Assembly (NCBI GenBank): GCA_038208825.1
Contig: JBBQYI010000003.1
Coordinates: 1,390-65,389 of the forward strand
DNA: 64,000 nt
Direction: 5' to 3'
Source of the DNA: Sphingomonadales bacterium
Lineage (GTDB): Bacteria > Pseudomonadota > Alphaproteobacteria > Sphingomonadales > Sphingomonadaceae
Every line of letters begins with the position of its first letter. Position 1 is the stretch's first letter. Below, in pieces: positions 49,834-60,038 of the stretch. The notes below the pieces were generated by a model. It saw only the letters and a program-made list of their open reading frames with translations. It made no database searches and had not been told where the DNA came from. The position numbers and the translations under genes are program-made.

Positions 49834-50790
49834 ATGCCTTTGAAAATCGTTCCCGATAATACCAATATCGGCTTTGTTCGTGTTCGCTACATCGCCTTTG
49901 CGCTGACCCTGCTGTTGACGCTGGGGTCCATCGGCCTGCTGGCAGCACGGGGCCTCAACCTTGGCGTCGACTTTGTCGGCGGGTTGACCATGGAAGTGGA
50001 GTTCAAGGTGCCGCCGCCGCTCGATGGCCTGCGCAAGCAGGTCGACAGCCTGGGCGTCGGCACATCGTCGCTGCAGGAGTTCGGAACGCCGCGCAATATC
50101 CTGATCCGCCTGCCGTTGCCCGAAGGCGATCAATCGGCGGTGCAGAAGGTTGTTGCCAAGGTGCAGGCCGGTTTGAAGGGCAATTATGGCGACGTCAGTT
50201 TCCGGCGCGTTGAATCGGTTTCGGGCAAGGTTTCGGGCGAATTGATCCAGAGCGGCATCTGGGCAGTGCTCGCGTCCATGGCGGCGGTGGCTTTGTTCAC
50301 CTGGTTCCGCTTCGAATGGTATTTCGGCATTTCAACCGTGGTGGCGCTGATTCACGACGTGGTCGTGACAATGGGCTTTTTTGCGCTGACGCAGTTGGAG
50401 TTCGATCTTAACGTTGTCGCGGCAGTCCTTACGATCATTGGTTATTCTTTGAACGACAAGGTGGTCATCGATGACCGTATTCGGGAGAATTTGCGCAAAT
50501 ATCGTTCGATGGACATAGGCTCGATCATCGATCTTTCGGTTAATGAAACGCTGCCGCGCACGGTGATGACATCGGTGACGCTGCTTGCCGCGCTGGCGTC
50601 GATGTTGCTGCTGGGCCCGGATGTGATCTTTGGCTTTACCGCCGCGATGATGCTGGGGATCGTGGTCGGCACCTATTCATCGATTTTCGTGTCGTCGTCG
50701 CTGCTGATCTCGCTGGGGGTCAAGTCCCGCGCTGTCGCGCCGCCGGCGGCCGCGGAGCGCGTGGCGCCGCGACGTTCGGAACGCATGTAG
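49834..50790 (+). CDS. secF: Protein translocase subunit SecF
   Basis: GLNLGVDFVGG, HDV, GYSLNDKVVIDDRIREN and GTYSSIF. Confidence 0.97.
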   Translation: MPLKIVPDNTNIGFVRVRYIAFALTLLLTLGSIGLLAARGLNLGVDFVGGLTMEVEFKVPPPLDGLRKQVDSLGVGTSSLQEFGTPRNILIRLPLPEGDQSAVQKVVAKVQAGLKGNYGDVSFRRVESVSGKVSGELIQSGIWAVLASMAAVALFTWFRFEWYFGISTVVALIHDVVVTMGFFALTQLEFDLNVVAAVLTIIGYSLNDKVVIDDRIRENLRKYRSMDIGSIIDLSVNETLPRTVMTSVTLLAALASMLLLGPDVIFGFTAAMMLGIVVGTYSSIFVSSSLLISLGVKSRAVAPPAAAERVAPRRSERM

Positions 50791-50840
50791 CCATTGCTGC
50801 CGGGCCCGCGCGGGCCGGTGCCGTTTCAGGCCCCAGGGGG

Positions 50841-51242
50841 TCAGACGACGGTGCCGAGCCCGTCGCAGCTGAGATCAAATGCCGCCAGCCCCGATTCCAG
50901 ATCGGTGCTGAAGGTTGGCTGTTCCAGTATCCAGTCGGCGGGGCTGTTCAGTTCCTCGCTGGCGGCATCCATCGCGTCGGCCCATTCGCTGGCATCGAAA
51001 GTGCCGCGACCGATCATTGCAAGCGCGATGACTTCGGCCTGTTCGTCATCGGCAAGATCATCGACAATGGCGCGCAATTCCGCCTCGCTGGGGTTGTCGC
51101 CATCATCCTCGATGGCATCTATGCCGCCGTCATCGGTCGGGTTGGAGCCTTCGTCCGGGTCGGTATCGGGGATCAGCGCTTCATATTCGCGGGCGCGCAA
51201 GATGATGCGGCAGACGGTTTCGACGGATACGGCGAGTTCCAT
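50841..51242 (-). CDS. DUF3775-like acidic protein
   Basis: DPDEGSNPTDD...ELRAIVDDLADDEQAEVIALAMIGRG...W...LESGL. Confidence 0.8.
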   Translation of the reverse strand: MELAVSVETVCRIILRAREYEALIPDTDPDEGSNPTDDGGIDAIEDDGDNPSEAELRAIVDDLADDEQAEVIALAMIGRGTFDASEWADAMDAASEELNSPADWILEQPTFSTDLESGLAAFDLSCDGLGTVV

Positions 51243-51336
51243 GGCGACCGGTCTCATGTAGAGGACAAGGACCCAGTTTACGCTGGTTTGCGGCGCAGCA
51301 GAAGGGGCAAGTGCCACGCCTGCCGCACCCGCAGAA

Positions 51337-51456
51337 TCAGAAGGGCGTGGCGCAGATGCCGTAGTTGATGCAATATTGGCTGGCGACGCCGACCATGATT
51401 GCACCGAGCAGCCACAGCAGCTTGCCGCGCGCCGAAAGCTCCATATTGCCGACCAT
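51337..51456 (-). CDS. Putative 39-aa single-TM small protein
   Basis: MVGNMELSARGKLLWLLGAIMVGVASQYCINYGICATPF, with GGAG 8 nt upstream. Co-oriented and 5 nt after the stop of the upstream gene. Confidence 0.5.
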   Translation of the reverse strand: MVGNMELSARGKLLWLLGAIMVGVASQYCINYGICATPF

Positions 51457-51461
51457 TGCTG

Positions 51462-52427
51462 CTACTCCGCTGCTATCGCTTCGGCGTGGTTGCCCGTCAG
51501 CCGCGCCTTGGCGGTGTTATATTCCGAGACCAGCCGCGCAACCAATTGCCCGGCGGGCAGAACCTCGTTGATCGCGCCGATACCTTGGCCGCAGCCCCAG
51601 ATGTCCTTCCAGGCCTTGGCCTTGCTGCTGCCGCCACTGCCAAAGTTCATGGCGCTGGGGTCGCTTTCGGGCAGGTTGTCTGGGTCCATGCCGGCGTTGA
51701 TGATGGAGGGGCGCAGGTAGTTGCCGTGAACGCCGGTGAACAGGTTGGAATAGACGATATCGGCCGCCGCGGAGCCGACGATCATGTCCTTGTAATCCTG
51801 CGCGGCGCGCGCCTCGGCGGTGGCGATGAAGGCGGAGCCGATGTAGCCGAAATCGGCGCCCATGGCCTCGGCGGCGAGCACGGCGGCACCGTTGGCGATG
51901 GAGCCAGACAGCGCCAGCGGCCCATCGAACCATTGCCGGATTTCCTGCACCAGTGCGAACGGCGAGATGGTGCCGGCATGGCCACCGGCGCCGGCGGCGA
52001 CGGCGATCAGGCCATCGGCGCCCTTTTCGATTGCCTTGCGGGCAAAGCGGTTGCTGATGATGTCGTGCATGACGATGCCGCCATAGCTGTGGATGGCTTC
52101 GTTCACATCCTCGCGGGCGCCGAGCGAGGTGATGATCAGCGGCACCTTGTATTTCACGCACAGCGCCAGATCGTCCATCAACCGGTCGTTGGATTTGTGG
52201 ACGATCAAATTGACAGCATAGGGCGCGTCTTGCGGCGTCAATTCGGTGTTGAGGCGTTGCAGCCATTCTTCGAATTGTTCGATGGGGCGGGCGTTGAGGC
52301 TGGGAAAGCTGCCGACGATGCCGGCGCGGCATTGCGCCATCACCAGTTCCGGCCCTGAAATGATGAACAATGGCGAACCGATGGCGGGGATCGACAGGCG
52401 GTTCTTGAAAATGGCGGGCATCGACAT
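51462..52427 (-). CDS. Nitronate monooxygenase family flavin oxidoreductase
   Basis: IGSPLFIIS, GSFPSLNAR, AGAGGHAG, YIGSAFIAT and AWKDIWGCGQG. Confidence 0.9.
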   Translation of the reverse strand: MSMPAIFKNRLSIPAIGSPLFIISGPELVMAQCRAGIVGSFPSLNARPIEQFEEWLQRLNTELTPQDAPYAVNLIVHKSNDRLMDDLALCVKYKVPLIITSLGAREDVNEAIHSYGGIVMHDIISNRFARKAIEKGADGLIAVAAGAGGHAGTISPFALVQEIRQWFDGPLALSGSIANGAAVLAAEAMGADFGYIGSAFIATAEARAAQDYKDMIVGSAAADIVYSNLFTGVHGNYLRPSIINAGMDPDNLPESDPSAMNFGSGGSSKAKAWKDIWGCGQGIGAINEVLPAGQLVARLVSEYNTAKARLTGNHAEAIAAE

Positions 52428-52502
52428 CGGGCGTTTCCTCAAACTATCGGCCGGGTGTGCGCAAGCCGGGCAGCGCTGGCAACCCTCAAATTGAGCGGGA
52501 CT

Positions 52503-53462
52503 TTAGGGCTCGTCGTCGAAGATGGCCACCACAGAAGTGCCAGCGGCGCTGGCGCGGGCGCGGAACATGCCCGGCGTGCTGAACGACCAGCCGCAGCTGC
52601 CATCGGCACCGGCGAAGATGATGCCGCCATCGCCGCCCATCGATTTCAGCTCGCCGCGCACCACGGCATCGGCGGCGGCCTGCGGGGATTCGCCCAGCAT
52701 CCGGATACGGGCGGTGATCTCGTGTGCCGCCGCGGTGCGGATGAAATATTCGCCGGATCCGGTCGCCGATATCGCCGCGGCGCGGTCATCGGCCCAGGTG
52801 CCGGCGCCGATCAGCGGCGAATCGCCGATGCGGCCCCAGCGTTTGCCGGTCAGCCCGCCGGTGGAGGTGGCGGCGGCGACATGGCCGGCGTTGTCGCGTG
52901 CCACGGCACCGACAGTGCCATATTTGAGATTGGCGTCGAACAGCGGCTCCCCTCGCGCCGCCGCCGCCTTCATCGCCTGCAGCGCTTGCCATCGTGCTTC
53001 GGTGTGGAACCAGGCTGGATCGACCTGTTCCAGCCCGGTATCGAGCGCAAAAACATCGGCACCTTCCCGGGCCAGCAGCACATGCGGTGTCTGTTCCATT
53101 ACGGCACGCGCCAGGCAGATGGGGTGGCGTGTGCGGGTGACGCCCGCAACGGCACCGGCGGCACGGGTGTCGCCAGCCATGATGGCGGCGTCGAGCTCGA
53201 TGCGGCCTTCGGCGGTAAAGACCGCGCCCCGGCCCGAATTGAACAGCGGGTCGTCCTCCAGCACCATCACGACGGCCTCGACCGCATCGAGCGCGGCACC
53301 GCCGGCCGCCAATATGGCCTCGCCCGCGGCCAGCGCCGCCGCCAGTCCGGCGCGGCAACCGGCTTCATGGGTGCCGGATAGGCTGGCCCTGGTCATGGTG
53401 CCGGAGCCGCCATGGATGGCGAGCGACCAGCGGGCGGGGGGAACGGGAGCGGACATTGCCAT
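52503..53462 (-). CDS. iaaA: Isoaspartyl peptidase / plant-type L-asparaginase
   Basis: LAIHGGSG, LEDDPLFNSGRG, G|TVGAVA autocleavage Thr, TSTGG, GRIGDSP and TGSGE. Confidence 0.9.
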   Translation of the reverse strand: MAMSAPVPPARWSLAIHGGSGTMTRASLSGTHEAGCRAGLAAALAAGEAILAAGGAALDAVEAVVMVLEDDPLFNSGRGAVFTAEGRIELDAAIMAGDTRAAGAVAGVTRTRHPICLARAVMEQTPHVLLAREGADVFALDTGLEQVDPAWFHTEARWQALQAMKAAAARGEPLFDANLKYGTVGAVARDNAGHVAAATSTGGLTGKRWGRIGDSPLIGAGTWADDRAAAISATGSGEYFIRTAAAHEITARIRMLGESPQAAADAVVRGELKSMGGDGGIIFAGADGSCGWSFSTPGMFRARASAAGTSVVAIFDDEP

Positions 53463-53525
53463 GCTGTAGCAGGTGCAGCGCACCCGCCAAGCGCGGTAAG
53501 TTGCGGGTACCGTGCGCAACGGTGG

Positions 53526-53555
53526 TTGACCGGGGCAGGGGTGGGGCATTATAGG
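53526..53555 (+). promoter_or_regulatory. Probable sigma70 promoter of tRNA-Met
   Basis: TTGACC, a 17-18 nt spacer, then (T)TATAG(G), about 37 nt upstream of the tRNA. Confidence 0.55.
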
Positions 53556-53591
53556 CCGCGCTCCCGCAGCTTATGGTCGGGCGGTCGGTGT

Positions 53592-53668
53592 GGCGAAGTA
53601 GCTCAGTTGGTTAGAGCACGGGAATCATAATCCTGGGGTCGGGGGTTCAAATCCCTCCTTCGCTACCA
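53592..53668 (+). tRNA. tRNA-Met (CAT), elongator type
   Basis: GGCGAAGTAGCTCAGTTGGTTAGAGCACGGGAATCATAATCCTGGGGTCGGGGGTTCAAATCCCTCCTTCGCTACCA. Starts with G1, not the initiator C1:A72. Confidence 0.93.
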
Positions 53669-53755
53669 TCCATTTTGCCTTTGATGGGCGCCAGATTGAC
53701 GGACACGCAGGCCGTCGTCAGCATGCGCCCCTGTCGTTGTTCTGGAGATGAGCCG

Positions 53756-54652
53756 ATGGGCGGGCTGGTATTTGAACTGGTGGCGATCATCCCGTCGCAA
53801 TGCGTGCTTGGCGAAGGGCCGGTCTGGGATGCCCGTCTCGGCTGCCTGTGGTTCACCGATATCCAGAGCGCGCAACTGCTGTGCTGGCACCATGCCGAGG
53901 CAAGGCTGGTCCGGCATGGTTTACCGGAGCGGCTTGGCTCTTTTGCCCTGACGCCCGATCCGGCGACGCTGCTGTGTGCCTTTGCCAGCGGCTTTGCGCA
54001 TTATGGCCCGGCCACCGGCGCGATCGACTGGTTGCACCGGACCGAGCCCGACTATCGCGGTATCCGCATGAACGATGGCCGCGCCGACCGTGCCGGCCGC
54101 TTCTGGGTCGGCAGCATGGTGGAGGATGCGAAGCTGGCGCCAGCGCACAGGGGCGCGTTGTATCGGCTTGATGCCAGCGATGGCCGTCCGGCGGCGACGC
54201 TGTTCGATGGGATCAGGATCAGCAATTCGATCTGTTTTTCGCCCGATGGCGGCCAGATGTATTTTGCCGACACGCCGAGCCAGGAGATCGTCCGCTTCGA
54301 TTGCGATGCGGCCGATGGCGGACTGTCCAACCGGCGCCATTTTGCGCGCTTGTCGGGCGATGCCTTTCCGGACGGGTCGGATATCGATGCAGCAGGCGGG
54401 GTGTGGAATGCCGAATGGGGATCGGGCCGGGTAACCGGCTATGCGCCCGATGGCGGCGTTGTCGCGCAGATCCAATTGCCGGTTTCGCAGGCGACCTGCA
54501 TGGCCTTTGGTGGCGCCGCATTCGATCTGATGTTCGTCACCACCGCCAGCGAAGGGCTGTCACCCGAACGCCGGACGGCGGAGCCCCATGCCGGGGATGT
54601 TTTTGTCTACCAGTGCAATTTTAGCGGGTTGCCGGCGCCAATCTGTGCTTGA
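53756..54652 (+). CDS. SMP-30/gluconolactonase/LRE family protein
   Basis: LGEGPVWD, RMNDGRAD..GRFWVGSM, SNSICFSPDG, PDGS and AFGG. Confidence 0.92.
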   Translation: MGGLVFELVAIIPSQCVLGEGPVWDARLGCLWFTDIQSAQLLCWHHAEARLVRHGLPERLGSFALTPDPATLLCAFASGFAHYGPATGAIDWLHRTEPDYRGIRMNDGRADRAGRFWVGSMVEDAKLAPAHRGALYRLDASDGRPAATLFDGIRISNSICFSPDGGQMYFADTPSQEIVRFDCDAADGGLSNRRHFARLSGDAFPDGSDIDAAGGVWNAEWGSGRVTGYAPDGGVVAQIQLPVSQATCMAFGGAAFDLMFVTTASEGLSPERRTAEPHAGDVFVYQCNFSGLPAPICA

Positions 54653-54673
54653 TCGCCCGCCGCGGCATCGATC

Positions 54674-54943
54674 ATGGCGGCGACCGGGGCGGGGATGGGG
54701 ACCGCCGATGCCGCGCCGGTGTTGACGACCGCTATGGTGACACACGTCATGCCGATTTTCTGGCACGCGTTTGCAGCCATTGCTGCGGTCGGGACGATCT
54801 GCGCTGCTGTCTCTGCCTTCGCTGTGGATTTGCTTTTGGGCAGGGGGTCGGTCCTGCCAGCCGTGCATTTCCGCGCAGTGCCGCCGGATTATGCGCGCCA
54901 GGGCTGTTTTTGGCGGGCGGCCTGGGGCAAAGGAGCCCGATGA
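54674..54943 (+). other. Short hydrophobic ORF, possibly a small membrane protein or a transporter C-terminal remnant
   Basis: TM-like FWHAFAAIAAVGTICAAVSAFAVDLLL, with its stop overlapping the next ATG (ATGA). Confidence 0.3.
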
Positions 54944-55860
54944 CCATCGCCGATATCCAACCGATTCCACTCAACCTCGTCGATACCGATTTGCCGGCCG
55001 CTGCCGCGCGCTTTGGCGATGCCTTTGCGCGCACCGGGTTCGCTGTTGTCAGCGATCATGGCATCGACGATGCGATCATCGACCGGGCACTGACGGAGAC
55101 CAAGGCGCTGTTCGCGCTGCCAGAGGCGGAAAAGCGCCAGCTGGTCGTTGAAGGCGGGCGCGGGCAGCGCGGCATGACGCCGTTCGGCGTGGAGGTTGCC
55201 AAGGGGGCCACCCGGTCCGATCTGAAGGAATTCTGGCACGTCGGCCGGGACCTGCCGTCCGGCCACCACAATGTCGGCACGATGCCGCCAAATGTCTGGC
55301 CGCCGCAACTGCCGGGGTTCCGGCCGGCGGTTTCGGCGCTGTTTGCGGCGCTCGACGCGGCGGGCGTCCGGATGCTTCGGGCGATTGCCGTGCATCTGGG
55401 CCAGGCGCCAGACTTTTTCGTCGATCCGGTGCGCGACGGCAATTCGATCCTGCGGTTGTTGCACTATCCGCCGGTCGCGCCGGGCGCCGATGCCATCCGG
55501 GCCGGCGCGCATGAGGATATCAACGTCATCACCCTGCTGCTTGGTGCCGAGGAGGCCGGGCTGCAATTGCTGGGGCGGGACGGCGTGTGGCGGGATATTG
55601 CCGCCCCTCCCGGCAGTCTTGTCTGCAACATCGGCGACATGCTGCAACGGCTGACGGGCGGGCGACTGCCTTCGACCACGCACCGCGTCGTCAACCCGGC
55701 ACCGGAACGCGCCGGTGTGCCGCGTTTTTCAACGCCGTTCTTCCTGCATTTTCGGCCGGATTATCTTATTGAAACATCGCCGGGCGGGCCTGCAGAATGG
55801 CCGGCGATTACGGCCGATGCGTTTCTGCTTGAACGGCTGCGTGAAATCGGCCTGACGTGA
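54940..55860 (+). CDS. 2OG-Fe(II) oxygenase, isopenicillin N synthase family
   Basis: DLKEFWH, LRLLHYPP, HED, NIGDML, HRV and RFS motifs. SD AGGAG upstream. Confidence 0.92.
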   Translation: MTIADIQPIPLNLVDTDLPAAAARFGDAFARTGFAVVSDHGIDDAIIDRALTETKALFALPEAEKRQLVVEGGRGQRGMTPFGVEVAKGATRSDLKEFWHVGRDLPSGHHNVGTMPPNVWPPQLPGFRPAVSALFAALDAAGVRMLRAIAVHLGQAPDFFVDPVRDGNSILRLLHYPPVAPGADAIRAGAHEDINVITLLLGAEEAGLQLLGRDGVWRDIAAPPGSLVCNIGDMLQRLTGGRLPSTTHRVVNPAPERAGVPRFSTPFFLHFRPDYLIETSPGGPAEWPAITADAFLLERLREIGLT

Positions 55861-55887
55861 ACGCCGTGGGTGTGATTGCCGGCAAAA

Positions 55888-56043
55888 TCAGCTCGCGCCG
55901 GTCGCCTGGCTGTCGGCGGTTTTTGAAGATGTCAGTTCGACTGCCAAAGTGGTGCCGACGATGACACCAAGCGACAGCCCTATTATCCAGAGCAGAAATT
56001 GAGGCCTTAGCCGCAGCATTTCGCGCAAATCGTTCAGTGCCAT
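55888..56043 (-). CDS. Putative 51-aa single-TM small protein
   Basis: MALNDLREMLRLRPQFLLWIIGLSLGVIVGTTLAVELTSSKTADSQATGAS, in an otherwise empty lower-GC gap. Confidence 0.45.
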   Translation of the reverse strand: MALNDLREMLRLRPQFLLWIIGLSLGVIVGTTLAVELTSSKTADSQATGAS

Positions 56044-56193
56044 GACCGTTCCCGCATTCGCCACTTTTTTGATTCTGGCTGTGTGAATTATAAAGCAAGA
56101 TTCGTGCCATCGTAACGAACGCATGGAAGCAGTTGGAATCGCGGCAACCGGCAAAAATGGCGATTCAGAAGTTGTAAAGCCTGCCGACACATT

Positions 56194-56928
56194 TCAGTAG
56201 TATGCGTTGATAAACGTCAACCCATCGGGCGGCGCATTGAGCCCCAGTGCGGTGCGATTACGGGCCGCGAGAGCCGCGGCGAGGTCGGTTGCGGTCCAGC
56301 GGCCCTGGCCGACGAGCTTGAGACAGCCGGTCATCGAGCGGACCTGATGGTGCAAAAACGACCGGGCCCTCGCTTCGATGATGACGCGGTCACCGTCCCT
56401 GTGGACATCGAGTTGATCGAGCGTCTTGACCGGCGACGCGGATTGGCATGCGGCCGAGCGAAAGGTGGTGAAATCATGCTTGCCGACCAGCATTTGCCCG
56501 GCGGCGCGCATGGCGTCGGCATCGAGCGGGTTGGGCACCTGCCAGGCAAGGCCCTTGTCGATGGTCAGCGGGGCGCGGCGGTTGATGATGATATAGCGAT
56601 AGGCGCGGCCGATGCAGTCAAAACGTGCGTGGAAATCCGGTGCTGGTTCGCAGCCCAATATGGCGATGGGGAGCGGGCGGAGATGGGCGTTTATGGCGGC
56701 CGCGAGGCGGAACGGCGGCATGGCGCGCTCCAGATCGAAATGCGCCACCATGGCGGCGGCATGGACGCCGGCATCGGTGCGGCCGGCGCCATGGACAGCC
56801 GTGGATTCGCCGCAGATCGCATGGATTGCGATTTCGATGGCACCCTGCACCGAAGCGCCGTTGCGCTGCCGTTGCCATCCGACGAAGGGCCGGCCATCGA
56901 ATTCGACGGTGATGCGATAGCGGTTCAC
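56194..56928 (-). CDS. truA: tRNA pseudouridine(38-40) synthase
   Basis: [27 protein letters not shown] and FLHHQVR. Confidence 0.97.
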   Translation of the reverse strand: MNRYRITVEFDGRPFVGWQRQRNGASVQGAIEIAIHAICGESTAVHGAGRTDAGVHAAAMVAHFDLERAMPPFRLAAAINAHLRPLPIAILGCEPAPDFHARFDCIGRAYRYIIINRRAPLTIDKGLAWQVPNPLDADAMRAAGQMLVGKHDFTTFRSAACQSASPVKTLDQLDVHRDGDRVIIEARARSFLHHQVRSMTGCLKLVGQGRWTATDLAAALAARNRTALGLNAPPDGLTFINAYY

Positions 56929-57845
56929 GGCGCCGGCGTTACCCGCGTGCCCGCCGCGATGGTCCAGCCGTTGAGCAGGTCACGGATCGGCATTGCCGGC
57001 TTGCCGGGGCGCTGGACGATGGTGGGGCGGAGCGCGCCCTCGGTCGTACCGATGGTGAAGCCGTCACCTATCAGGCCAGGTGAGAATGATCCTGCAACAA
57101 TTTCTGATTGCAGGATTTTGATACGTTCACCGGCGATTTCGCACCAGGCGCCGGGGGCGGGGTTGTAGGCGCGGACGCAGCGTTCCAGGATTGCGGCGGG
57201 TTGGTTGAAATCGAGCCTTGCCTCGGCCTTGCTGATCTTTGGGGCATGGGTTGCGCCGGCGCTCGGCTGCGGTGTTGCTGTCCAGCGATTGCCGAGCCGC
57301 GGCGTCGCAAGCACATCGACAGTCAGCGCCGCACCAAGCGTCGCCAGTTCGGCGGTGAGAGCGCCGGCGGTCTTGCGGTCAATCGGGGTCGGGGCATGGG
57401 CGATCATCGGCCCGGTATCGAGCCCGGCCTCCATCTGCATGATGGTGACACCAGTTTCCTTGTCGCCCGCGAGGATGGCGCGTTGGATGGGCGCCGCACC
57501 GCGCCAGCGGGGCAGCAGCGATGCGTGGATATTGAGGCAGCCGTGCAGCGGCGCATCGAGCACTGCCTGAGGCAACAACAGCCCATAGGCGGCGACAATG
57601 GCGGCATCGGCACCCAGCGCGGCGAATTCGGCCTGCGCCGCATCGACGCGCAGGCTGCGCGGGGTGTGGACGGGGATGCCAATCGCGTCTGCGCGATCAT
57701 GCACCGCCGATCTGGCCAGCGCCTCGCCACGCCCCGCCGGTTGCGGCGCGCGGGTATAGACGGCGATGATCTGGTGCCCCGCGGCGACCAGAGCATCGAG
57801 CGCCGGCACGGCAAAGGGCGGGGTTCCCATGAAGATGATGCGCAT
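56925..57845 (-). CDS. fmt: Methionyl-tRNA formyltransferase
   Basis: [29 protein letters not shown] and GLDTGP. Confidence 0.97.
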   Translation of the reverse strand: MRIIFMGTPPFAVPALDALVAAGHQIIAVYTRAPQPAGRGEALARSAVHDRADAIGIPVHTPRSLRVDAAQAEFAALGADAAIVAAYGLLLPQAVLDAPLHGCLNIHASLLPRWRGAAPIQRAILAGDKETGVTIMQMEAGLDTGPMIAHAPTPIDRKTAGALTAELATLGAALTVDVLATPRLGNRWTATPQPSAGATHAPKISKAEARLDFNQPAAILERCVRAYNPAPGAWCEIAGERIKILQSEIVAGSFSPGLIGDGFTIGTTEGALRPTIVQRPGKPAMPIRDLLNGWTIAAGTRVTPAP

Positions 57846-57970
57846 GGCCGCTGGCTAGGCGGTTTTGCCCGGATGGGAAAGACCTGTGGCGGCGCGGCAT
57901 GGTGCGCGGCAGGCCCGTCGATACAGGCGAAGCCGCGCATCATGGCGCCCAATTGCCACCAGCCGATGCG

Positions 57971-58513
57971 TCAGCGGGTCATCACCACGCTGACGGCGCG
58001 GCGGTTCTGGGCCCAGGCGGCTTCATCAGAACCATCGACGGCCGGGCGCTCCTTGCCATAGCTGATGGTCGTCATGCGGCCGGTATCGACGCCCTGTGCG
58101 GCGAGGAAGTTCTTGGCAGCGACGCCGCGGCGTTCCCCGAGCGCGAGGTTATATTCGCGGGTGCCGCGTTCATCGGTATGGCCCTCGACGGTCACCTTGA
58201 CTAACGGATATCGGGCCAGCCATTCGGCCTGTTTGCCAAGAATGGTGCGGGCTTCGTCGTCGAGTTCATAGCTGTCATAGGCAAACAGGACATGATCCGA
58301 TCCCGATTGTGCGACGAAATCGGCGGCCGACCCCGGCACGATGGTCGATGTGACCTGTTCGGTGGGCGCGGTTTCGCTGGGCGTCTGGGTCGCGGGCGAC
58401 TGCACGGCGGCGGTGGTCGGCGGCGTTGGCGGCAGCGTCTTTGGCTTGGTGGCGCAACCGGACACGCCGATCACCAGCAAGGCGGTAAGGGGCAGGGCGA
58501 AAGAACGCTTCAT
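57971..58513 (-). CDS. pal: Peptidoglycan-associated lipoprotein
   Basis: Lipobox VSGC, EGHTDERGTREYNLALGERR, SYGKERP and NRRA. Confidence 0.96.
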   Translation of the reverse strand: MKRSFALPLTALLVIGVSGCATKPKTLPPTPPTTAAVQSPATQTPSETAPTEQVTSTIVPGSAADFVAQSGSDHVLFAYDSYELDDEARTILGKQAEWLARYPLVKVTVEGHTDERGTREYNLALGERRGVAAKNFLAAQGVDTGRMTTISYGKERPAVDGSDEAAWAQNRRAVSVVMTR

Positions 58514-58573
58514 GAGAAAAACCTTTCTTTGTTGGCCGGACCCTCTATGGGTCCTTTCTAAACGCTTGTGGTT

Positions 58574-59902
58574 TCAGGGCAATAGTGGCGACCATGCGGG
58601 ATCGGACCCATCGAGCGGGGTTGGCACCTTGCGCTCGTTCTGGCCCGAAAGATCGACCGAATAAAGATTGGACGTGCCGCCCCGGGTGGTGCGGAAGAAC
58701 AGGATCACCCGGCCGTTGGGCGACCAGGTCGGGCCTTCGTCCTGATAGGCGTTGGTGAGCAGGCGCTCGCCGCCGCCATCGGGTCGCATGACGCCGATGG
58801 AGAAGCGGCCGCCGCCGATGCGGGTGAAGGCAATCAGATCGCCGCGCGGGCTCCACACTGGCGTGCCGGCGCGGCCCTCGCCAAAGCTGATGCGCTGCTG
58901 CCCCGAACCATCGGCGCCCATCACATAAAGCTGCTGGCTGCCGCCGCGATCGCTTTCAAACACGATGCGGGCGCCATCGGGCGAATAGCTGGGGCTGGTG
59001 TCGATGCCGGGCTGGCTGGTCAGCCGCGTCAGCTTTCGGCTGCCGAGATCGAGCCGGTAGATATCGGTATTGCCGCCGATCGACATCGAGAACACCAGAT
59101 TGCTGCCATCGGGCGAAAAGCGCGGCGCAAAGCTCATGTTCGGGAAATCGCCGATGGCTTGCTGGCGGCCGGTGCCAAGCGTGTACAGCCAGACGCGGGG
59201 GCGATTGCCCTCGAACGACATATAGGTGATCGTCTGCTGGTTGGGAGCAAAGCGCGGCGTCAGCACCAGATTCTGGCCGCTGGTCAGGAAGCGGTGGCCG
59301 GCGCCATCCTGGTCCATCACCGCCAGCCGCTTGATCCGTTTGGTGCGCGATCCCGTTTCGGAAACATATACGATGCGGCTGTCGAAATAGCCCGATTCGC
59401 CGGTCAGCCGGGAATAGACCAGATCGGCGCATTTATGGGCGGCACGGCGCCAACCGGCAGCGGTGGTGACAAAGCCCTGCCGCGCCAGTTCCTCGGTCGA
59501 AAACACGTCATATACGTAGCAGGCAAGGGTCAGGCCGCCATCGGGATTGGCGGTGATGCTGCCGGTGACAAGCGCCTGGGCGGCAATGGTCCGCCAGCTG
59601 GGAAATTCCGGGCGGGTGACATTGGGGACGGTAACCGTCGTTGTATAGGCGGCGCGGTCCAGCGGCTTGAACAGGCCCGAGGATTTCAGATCATTGGCAA
59701 TGACGCTGGCGATGCGATCGCCGAGTTCGGCCGTGGTGCCGGCCTCCGTCGGCGTTGCAGCCGGCGTTGCGAACACCGGCACCGCGATCGGCAGGGGCTG
59801 GGCTATGCCTGAGTTGATATCGACGCGGATAGGATCCGCCTGCGCCTGTGCCGCAAAAGCAACCGCCGCTAGGGCAGCGAGGAATCGAACCGTGATACGC
59901 AT
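58574..59902 (-). CDS. tolB: Tol-Pal beta-propeller protein TolB
   Basis: AHKCADLVYSRLTGE.GYFDSRI, LAVMDQDG, PD40 repeats and SDPAWSPL. Confidence 0.96.
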   Translation of the reverse strand: MRITVRFLAALAAVAFAAQAQADPIRVDINSGIAQPLPIAVPVFATPAATPTEAGTTAELGDRIASVIANDLKSSGLFKPLDRAAYTTTVTVPNVTRPEFPSWRTIAAQALVTGSITANPDGGLTLACYVYDVFSTEELARQGFVTTAAGWRRAAHKCADLVYSRLTGESGYFDSRIVYVSETGSRTKRIKRLAVMDQDGAGHRFLTSGQNLVLTPRFAPNQQTITYMSFEGNRPRVWLYTLGTGRQQAIGDFPNMSFAPRFSPDGSNLVFSMSIGGNTDIYRLDLGSRKLTRLTSQPGIDTSPSYSPDGARIVFESDRGGSQQLYVMGADGSGQQRISFGEGRAGTPVWSPRGDLIAFTRIGGGRFSIGVMRPDGGGERLLTNAYQDEGPTWSPNGRVILFFRTTRGGTSNLYSVDLSGQNERKVPTPLDGSDPAWSPLLP

Positions 59903-60038
59903 ATTCAAGGTGTAGCACCTTAACAACAAATTGTGGAGGGGGAGGGGCCGGATCGCCGTATCGAATTGGCAATCGTGCGGCGCACGGCAGGCCGGTGAGC
60001 AGGGGTATGACCGTACGGACGTGTACCGCCGCAGTCGT

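Noticed and set aside
54649-54939. N-terminal Cys/Arg-rich extension of the 2OG oxygenase in the ORF track
   Set aside because: The composition looks non-coding, and an AGGAG SD precedes ATG 54940, which matches the expected family start.
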